Positions 52,764 to 64,000 of a DNA stretch of 64,000 nt are shown here, in pieces (position 1 is the stretch's first letter; each line of letters starts with the position of its first letter). Origin of the DNA: Octopus sinensis. Its lineage: Eukaryota. The notes under the pieces are model-generated. The model did no database searches. It saw only the letters and a program-made list of their open reading frames with translations, and was not told where the DNA came from. The position numbers and the translations under genes were made by a program. The stretch lies in the NCBI RefSeq assembly GCF_006345805.1, contig NC_043013.1, forward strand, positions 39,246,001 through 39,310,000, in the 5' to 3' direction.

Positions 52764-55085
52764 AGTGTGTCTGCGTGTGTGTATCATATCACAGCCTGAC
52801 AACCATTGCTAGTTTGTTTACGCATCCGAAACTTACCGGTTCAGTCATAGATACCGTTAGAATAAGTGTTAGGCATAATAATGTATGTACTGGGGTCGAC
52901 TTCTTTCATTAAATCCGTCAACACGGCACCTCCAAATGCCGTAAGTCAACGACTGAAGCAAGTAAAATTCGAAAGGTATTAAGCCTAACCTTAATCGAAC
53001 AGGCGTATGATCAAAATCGTTGCAGCCGTGACAGTTCTTCTTTCACTCTTTTTATTTTTCTCTTTATCAGTATGTGAGAGACAAAAATAGATTCAAATAT
53101 TTGAAGAGATATAGGACAGTGAATTCAGAGAGAAGATCAAGAGAGATAAATATCCTCGATGAAGGATAGAAAAATACTGTTTAATTTTAACCAGTAGAGG
53201 GAGGTGTTCAGAGAGCAACAGAAGCAACACAAGTATTTAGAATGAAGGAGAGACATTCAACAAATTTAAGTGAAACTTATGGCTGGATATATCCAGATAA
53301 GAGTGAGGAGTGACAAAGGAAGTAGTACCGATGTATGCGAATACACTGCCTTTCATAGTCTGAATAAAGGGTGTGATCAGGGCAAAATATATACGATACC
53401 AATACGAGATCGTGTGGTATTTCTCAAAGCGCTAACACCAGAGGGCTGCTTGAGTGGAATAAATGTCTCCTTTACTAAGTGACGGTTCTTAGAAATCTCA
53501 ACTAGAAACCAAGGTTATTCATAGATTTGTTAACATCGTTTGATTGAAGAGACGTGTCATCTACAAATCCTTACCTGATGGCACTTCCCACCCCAATTCT
53601 CTTTTGTTCTTCTCATATATCTATTGTTCCTCAAAGGGTTTTGCTGAACAGACACGGAAGAACAACTTACGAAAGCCAGTGTGTGTTCAGGTTCAACGAG
53701 ATCATCACAGACATGGTTTTTGTTTCTGGGCAGGTCCAAGAGAATTGCTGGAAGCAAAATAAAGGGTGGTATCTAACATTTATTGACCTGACTAAAGGAT
53801 TCAACAGAGCGAGTCGGAAGAGATTGCAGCATATCGTGGAGTGACTCGGCTGTACCACAAAGGTGCTGAAAATGGTCAGCCAGTTGTACGAAGACCAGCG
53901 TTGGGAAATCAGATTCAGTAATTTTCCGATCAGCAACGGAGTGAAGCAGGTTTGCGTTATGGCACCAGCTCTTTTCACCAGCTTCTTCAGTATGATGTGC
54001 ATGCAGTCCACAGATTTTGCGGACGAGGGCGGAGTCTATGTCAGATACCATTTGACGAGAGCCTGTTTAATCTCTGATGACTACATGCCCATATGAGGAC
54101 CCTGGAAGAAATTATCGAAGACCTCCTCTTTGCCGACTGTGCTGCACAATTGTAGGTGTCTCATATCAGCTATGCTGTCTCCTCCTTTGAAAACACCACA
54201 ACATACACAGATAGACGCGCGCACACACGTACACACAAACACACACACACACACATACAATTACGTATTTGTAGAAAGAAAAGCAGGTTTAATATATGTA
54301 TTTACATACCTAGTCCACATGCCAAGAAAAGACATAATGCTGGAATTAGAAAAGAAAAAAAAATTATAAATTCCGATATTGTTTATTTATTTCTTTTTTA
54401 CGAGGAAAGACAGCGTCTATTGTCTTCTTGACGCGTCTGAAACGCTTGGGCAGAAAAAGCGATGTTTTTCTCATTGCACAAACCTGCCCAAAATGCTTGC
54501 AACAAAGGGGACACTGCTAAAGAAATGGAAGAACCAATTGGTGAAAATAAACCGGTTGACAGTGTATGTCTTCCCTCCACGAAAAATGAATTAATCACCT
54601 GTCAGATTTGTACATACATTTCATCTAACTAAAATTCATTGTAAGGGTTTGTTTGACTCGAGGCTGTTGAATAATTACCATGTATACAATGCCAAACAGC
54701 TGACTCGAACCAGACAACATATTTGTGAATCGAAGTTTGGAATCACACAACCCTATGGAAACCACCTAATCAAACAAGCTATTACATTAGTATTAAAGCA
54801 CTAATTCTAGAAACAACAACGACAGCAGTCTGGCCACTATGCAACCAACAACCTACTGTACTAGCAAAACACCATTTCATTTAAAGGTTGATACAAATGC
54901 GAGAATTTAAAGTCGATACAAATGTGAGAATTCATAATTTCTGGTAATTTCTCATGGCAGTCTCATATATAGCACAGCAAAACTTGCATGAAAAAGACTA
55001 GGCCTCCGCTTTAGTAACATAATATATGAACAGTTGCTGACTATCTACAAAGTACTAGTCCGATACACATTAGGGTGTTACTCAC

Positions 55086-55230
55086 AGATCTAGTGTTCCT
55101 GATACAATACTTATTAATATCCTTGTCAGAACATCACAGGGAAGTATCATGAAATTGTTTGGTAAAATATGCTTTACAAAACACACATCAATCATAATTT
55201 CACAGTATAACGTTTCTTCATTCTCTCCCA
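55086..55230 (-). CDS. Candidate upstream exon of gene Y (paralog of 17849-17990)
   Basis: GTGAGT donor, open frame, in-frame 3-nt indel relative to gene X. Confidence 0.45.
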
Positions 55231-55745
55231 CTGCCCGAAATATAACAGCATGTTCCACTGAAAATTGCAGGCTGATGATTTCGCTGCAACAATCCAAAGT
55301 ACCGTCTCTCTTTCATTTTGTTATTTCTATTGTGTTTCCCCATTCGAATTCTGTACTAAAATCATTTTACCCACTGGAATTTGTAGGTAATCCACATTCT
55401 TCTTGCAGACATTATTACACAGAAATCTGAAAGTTGAATTTTAACAGTATAAATTGCCATTAGTTTGGTATAGCGTAAAAATATAAAGGATACGCTCACT
55501 CTGCCAACGTAAAAACTAAAAACTTGCACTATATAATCTAGATGCAAATGTATCACTGCCATAGTATTGCATTATCTACATTTAAGGCAACAACAACAAA
55601 CAATTGTAGGGTTCTGAAGCTACTACAACAGCCTTTTAACATTCATACTTATATGTATCCTCCGTGTCGCATACATAAAACGATTTGAATAAATCAATTC
55701 CGAAAGTGCTAACACAGGAGATCCCATATCTACTGCTAATTATAC

Positions 55746-55827
<82 letters not shown>

Positions 55828-55855
55828 CACACACACATATAAACTTATGTATTTT

Positions 55856-55948
<93 letters not shown>

Positions 55949-55959
55949 GTATACATGGT

Positions 55960-56900
55960 GCGTAATATATTTTGAGGACAGATATATGTTTATAAAAAAA
56001 CAGATATATAATAATAGACAATAGCATTATTTATCAAAAAATGTTATGAGGATAAAAAATGAAGCTTTTCTATAATGTTATTCAATAAAGCCACCTTCGG
56101 CTTCAACAACTGCTTCTGTATGATATCTAAATCCTCTACATGCTTGAATTATGTGGTCCTGGTTCATTTTGGACATTACTCTGACTATGGAAGCTTTCAA
56201 AGAATCTTTGGAGTTATGGACGTGTTCATTGACCTCTTTCTCAACAACGCTCCACATGTAATAGCCCAATGGATTGAGATCTGGGGTATTAGGAGGCCAA
56301 ATTTTCGGGGTTAAGTGTTTATGGAAATTTTCAGCAGTCCATTCCTGTGTTACTAGAGCTATGTGTGATAGTGCAGAGTCTTACTGAAACACATATGGCA
56401 TTTTATTGCATACACTGTCTCTCCAGGGCTTAACAATTGTTTCCAGGGCTTCGGTATAGGCGGCAAAGTTAACCCCTAAAACCATGACAGTTGCAGGAAA
56501 TTTTGTATGTATAATACTTGGAACTTCAGTAGGGTGTGCACATAAACATCTGTCATTTCTTCTGTTAACTTTTTGATCTTGGTCGAAGTTTTTCTCGTTT
56601 GAGGAAAAATCAAATCAAATCTTCTGCTGGATTTTTCATTTTCTTTAAGAGCCTTTTAGATCTGATGTAGTGATTTTCTTTTGCTTTTTCTGAGAAATTG
56701 ACCTTTCCTCATCATATAAGACTTATGTCTGATGTCTTCGTGGATAACATTTTTGACTGTTCAATCTGAAACATGGAGACCTTTTGCAATGAACCTCACG
56801 GACTTTCTGGGATTGTAATCAATGGTATGTTGAACTTGGTGGATAAATTCAAGTGTTCTGATTATTTCAGAGTGTTTAGAATGCTTTTTATGCTTTGATA
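55960..56900 (-). mobile_element. Decayed Tc1-like transposon
   Basis: PD.NP..YY.WS..E..VN…HN..DSL.A.I…AC..FR…E.V..A.GG.IE C-terminus. Confidence 0.8.
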
Positions 56901-57024
56901 CTGGTGATACGGCTCCATTTTCAGTCTCTAGTTCCTTGCAAATTTTGTAGACGAAGTATCTGGTAACATTTAAACTGTTCAGCCTTTATAACCACAATAG
57001 CAACATGACTCCTTGTTTCTTGAG

Positions 57025-57145
<121 letters not shown>

Positions 57146-57682
57146 TCGAAGCATTAAAAAAGCGTTTAATTTGTCGTTCAATCATCAAAAATATCGGCCA
57201 CATTTCCCTAAAATCACAAACTACTGTCACAAGAATTGGAAGAAAACATTAACTCATATACTCCTAGTTGTACTTTGTTAAAAAGTGTTTGGTTGATTTA
57301 TCTCTCAACTCAAGAATGAGCCGGGATTAAACAACAAACAAGTAATCTAAAATACTTTTAATTCACGCACACCTGACTCAAACACATGCATAGTATTTTC
57401 CCCTATTTCCTATTTTGTAATTACACATCTTTAATATCCACTGATGGAATATTCGTACACAACCCCGGCTACCAGACAGGCAATGTCAATTTCGTTTTTA
57501 TATTTAGTTACGCCAATTTCTTACGGCCTTCTGAACCAACGAATTCCATGGCATCATCTTGGAAGCGCACCAGTTCCAAGCATCATTCCTAACTGCGCCA
57601 TACTACCAGTGTCACTAGCATTTATGATTCCCTGTATTCCTAAAATAATAGAACAATGGGAAGAGTCTTGAGTGATAAAATA

Positions 57683-58197
57683 TCTATATATATAAAACTG
57701 TAGTTGTTTGAGTGTCTGTCTCCTACGATTTAGATTCCTAACTCCTCCCACATTTTGCGGTGCAGTTTAACCAAATTCGGATATCTTATAGTCGTGATTA
57801 ATATCGAGCCCGTCTGAGTATTAGCGCGCGTCTACGATGAGTCTACGATTTTAAAAATAATTTAACATAATTTTTTATTCCATTTTAATGCATAATGTTT
57901 CGTGTGTCGATGGCGGCGGAGTTGGCGTCCATGGTCACACCTGCACCTGTGTTTGCTTCTCCCCCTTCTTCCCTCCCTCGTGAAGCTGTGGGGAAGGGAG
58001 TTTAAGGAAATCAACGTCGTAATGCGTTGTCAAGGAGACCAGCGTTCTTTTAGAACAACGACTTCATGGCTTGAAGACACCAAAACAGAAATGGCTAAGA
58101 AAGCCCGAATTGGCATCTATAAGGGAAGTAACTCTCTAAAAATGCTTATATAGTTATTTCCCTTACAAATCCGAGCAACGCCGGGCGATACTGCTAG
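57683..58197 (+). mobile_element. Non-autonomous Helitron with a different internal segment
   Basis: Same termini as 35868-36254 and an A|T target site. Confidence 0.8.
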
Positions 58198-58543
58198 TAT
58201 AAAATATAAAACAACGGTTGTTGCTTGTTTATAGTTCACCTCACTTTTCTTTTTCGAAATAATCTACAAAATCATTTTTCGTTACACCAATTTCTTTGAT
58301 TCGTGTATATTTTCTCTTTTAAATGTTTGACACTGGTTCAGATCAAAATTGTTGCCAAACAGATTCAAGATTTAGAAAGAAAAATTACATTTGATTAATG
58401 CAGATTAGTTTCACTGTGTCTGAAAAAACAAGATTGGATGCGTACTTGAGATTTGGCTTTGATTATATGACAGATGGGTCAAATCTGATATACTTATGAA
58501 CAACAACAACAGCAAAATTATGTAATAATAAAAGCGAACTTAC

Positions 58544-58589
58544 TAAAATATAATACAAAATGGCTCCTCATATTCATCGTTGGTTGCAT
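58544..58589 (-). CDS. Candidate ATG exon of gene Y (MQPTMNMRSHFVLYF)
   Basis: Paralog of 20516-20561 with a GTAAGT donor. Confidence 0.4.
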
Positions 58590-58729
58590 TTCACTGATAA
58601 AAATGAGGTAATCCCAACAAGAATCCAGTTTATATATATTTCTCGCCCCCGACCCGCTCGCTCTCATCTCCATATATCACATGACTAAATATATACGCGT
58701 GGGTATATAAACATGTGTGTGTGTTTCTG

Positions 58730-61200
<2,471 letters not shown>

Positions 61201-61293
61201 CCCAACATGAAAACAAAGAGAAAACACAACAACGCGAGGACGTGGAACAAATATAGTATTATTGGACGCTCAGGAAGGAAGGGAAGAAGGAGG

Positions 61294-61328
61294 GTTTTAC
61301 GTTTCGAGCGGAGTTCTTCGTCAGAAAC
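61294..61328 (-). ncRNA. Minimal hammerhead motif in a solo pseudo-LTR-like fragment (61190-61345)
   Basis: GTTT/AAAC stem I, CTGACGA core, stem II with one mismatch, GAAACGTA. Flanks resemble the 38.9/45.1 kb pseudo-LTRs. Confidence 0.65.
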
Positions 61329-61346
61329 ATAGGAAAAGGAAGACGG

Positions 61347-61388
<42 letters not shown>

Positions 61389-61594
61389 AATATATTATAT
61401 ATGTAAATTAGAAAAAATAAAACACCTTTCATCAATTCAATAATGAAAAATAAATTATAAAATTTAGAAATTACATCTTATAGAAAAATTAAATAGATAA
61501 AACATATAACATGATTAAGTTTATGGTATAATTTAATTTTTCATTATTGAATTGATAAAAGGTGGTTTTATCTAATTTATATATATATATATAT

Positions 61595-62313
61595 ATATAA
61601 GAAAAAAGGTTTGAAAATGCAATTTAAACGATGTTTATTTACTTAACCGGTTTCACTCTTTGGTAAAAGATTGTCAAAAGTTACATTCACACCCGCATAC
61701 TAACCTCCTGATGACCCCAAAATCATTCATGCATAAAGGGGAAGTATACACCATATTGGCTACTTCTTCTTTTCTCTCAGTTCAGCCTTTCTGCTAATAC
61801 CGACAGGTCAGTAAAAACATATTCTCGCCTTGAACTTAAAATATTCTGAGATGTATAAAAAATCCATTTTAATTTTTGCTGTCAAAAGGCTGTATATATA
61901 TACCAAAGATTGTATATATATATACATGTAATGTGACAATTTGCGACAACCAATAATTAACGCAACCAATTCCCAATAATATATTTGTTTTATCCTTTTC
62001 TGCCAAATTTTCCCAAATACTCTCATCACACTATTGAACTTCTCTGTTACCAAACACTATATTTATACATGTAATGTGACAATTATGTATAAAAAAACAT
62101 TTTTGAATTCATAATATCCAATGTGACAATTATGTAAAAAACTCTTTTGAATGCATAATATTCAATGTGACAATTATGTAAAAAACTTTTTTGAACCCAT
62201 ATTATTCAATGTTTCCTTAAATGTAACTTTTGACAATCTTTTACCAAAGAGTGAAACCGGTTAAGTAAATAAACATCGTTTAAATTGCATTTTCAAACCT
62301 TTTTTCTTATATA
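61595..62313. mobile_element. Fold-back element, ~92-bp arms carrying hammerhead-like motifs; spacer has ~45-bp tandem repeats (62065-62215)
   Basis: Arms 61595-61687 and 62219-62313, TA-rich flanks. Confidence 0.7.
62226..62266 (+). ncRNA. Minimal hammerhead-like motif with U3-A8 core; inverted copy at 61641-61681
   Basis: ACTT/AAGT stem I, TTGACAA core, TCTTT-TACC-AAAGA stem II, 2-nt bulge, GAAACCGGTT. Confidence 0.55.
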
Positions 62314-63169
62314 ATCCCACTCGTGCGATACCCCACAACTCAACTTTTATATATATATATATATATATATACGTGTGTGTGTGTGTGTGTGTGTGTGTGA
62401 AGTCGCATGGTCTAGTGGTTAGGGGTGTTGCAGTCACAATCGCGAAGTTATGACTTCAGTTTCTAGACCGGGTAGTGTCTTGTGAAAGAAAACAACTCAC
62501 ATGTTCATATGCGTGTGTTCTTGTGTTTGTGATGGCGAGCGTTTATGTGTGAATGTGTGTGTGTTAGTGTAAGATTATGCGTGTCTTATTTGTTTACGAT
62601 GGAAAAAGAAGGCAGAAATAATTTGCTTCCTTTGCTAACAAAATCTCAACTAGGCTCCGACTGTGCGGATTGCATGATTGCTTCCTGCTCACTGAATAGA
62701 CTGTATGTATTGAAATTTTTGATAAGGCTTTACGGCTTAGAACGGCCTGTGCTTATGACTCTTCCTAGAGCCCTTGAGGCGGGCGGGAGGATGTAAAAAT
62801 TTAACAAGAAACTGGAGACAGGATAAGATATTACACTCTGCTAAAATTACTCATGGGTTTGGTTATAACATTAAATCGTGTGACATATAAGGTCTATTTC
62901 CCATTACCGTTTGCAAGTCGAATCTCAACTTGGGTAATGTTTCCATGAGTATTTCTTCGAACCCTTGCGAATTCCCAAACCCTTGATCTACAGAAACTCA
63001 GAGATCCATTATAAAAAGAAGATAGGGAACTGTTTTCCACGTTTCTGATAACCACTTCAACTTCCTTTGATTCTTCCTTCTACTTCAAGCTCCCTTATTC
63101 ACATTCACCCCATTTTCTCCTCACCTATGTTAATGTATTTCAAAAACTGACCTCGGTCTATGTTATTTA

Positions 63170-63915
63170 TATGTAGTCTGATCAATAAGTATCCGGACTG
63201 TTGCCATAGTAACGAAGCTAAAGCACGCAGAGTGATGCCGCTTAGCACAGATTGACCTTGAGCTCCGCTGTGCATGCGCACTAAGTTTAAACGTTCTAGC
63301 TCACTCCCGCTGTTTACAGCAGTGCTTGGAAGGAACGTGTGTAGCGTGTTATCGTCGCATTGACCATAACAGATGAAGTTGAGCAGAGAATCTGCATCAA
63401 AATTTGCCAAAAGCTTGGCGATACCTGTTCAGAGGCTTACGCAAAGTTTGCGAAAAGTTTCCATCGTTCATGACTCGGTCAAGAAGATCTTGTGCAACTG
63501 AAACCCGAGTGTCCTTTTGGTCAGCTGAAAGCAGCCTTAGCACAAATTTGGCAGACGCGCGTCTCATACCCAAATATTCATTGATAATGAAGTGAACTGA
63601 AGCGTAACTAATCGGCACATCCTCTGATAACTCATGGATGGTGATTCGACGATTTCCCCTCACAGCTGCACGCACATCTGTGATGTTTTTCTCAGTTCTG
63701 CTGGTTGCAGATCTCCCAGAATGTTCGTGAATATTGACATCTTTTCGGCCATCTTGGAAACGTCTGAATCACTTGTACACTTATGTGCGGATCATACACT
63801 CCTCTCCATACACTTTCTGCAACTTTGCGTAGGCCTCTGTGCAGGCATTGCTATGATAACTTACTCTGTCATGGTCAACGCGACGATCACACGCTGCACA
63901 CCTTCCTTCAAAGCA
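63170..63915. mobile_element. Two convergent mariner 5' fragments
   Basis: Plus-strand TIR and EQRICIKFCQKLG at 63170-63460. Minus-strand copy with NRRITI.EL…S..SV..I…LGMRR.SAKFV at 63460-63915. Confidence 0.8.
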
Positions 63916-64000
63916 TATATATATATATATATATAATATACTATATATATATATATATATATATAAAACTGAAATGCGTTTTTACCGCTTGGATCGCTTT

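Noticed and set aside
62065-62215. Short regularly spaced repeats resembling a CRISPR array
   Set aside because: The repeats are tandem with non-unique spacers, in a eukaryotic context with no cas genes.

Overview
AT-rich, microsatellite-dense eukaryotic DNA, most likely octopus. I infer that from the tRNA-derived SINE families and simple-repeat load, and it is not database-checked. There is no prokaryotic content. Two old tandem paralogous blocks (~0.7-21.7 kb and ~31.3-59.6 kb) each carry a minus-strand multi-exon gene built from phase-1 exons encoding PAN/apple-like Cys modules. Gene Y (55-31 kb) has 3 modules. Gene X (18-0.8 kb) has 5, after an internal duplication of one exon pair. The modules diverge mostly by amino-acid changes, and one has lost both partners of a disulfide. 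The 5' exons of both genes are unresolved. Introns and spacers hold SINEs, decayed RTE, CR1/Jockey-like and Tx1-like LINEs, Tc1/mariner remnants, two non-autonomous Helitrons and a young GC-rich Penelope-like element with pseudo-LTRs. Many fold-back inverted repeats are present. At least eight hammerhead-ribozyme motifs occur, several inside those inverted repeats. One is canonical, lies sense to gene Y's pre-mRNA, and is paired with its own antisense copy. Exon, codon and pairing analyses were done by hand.
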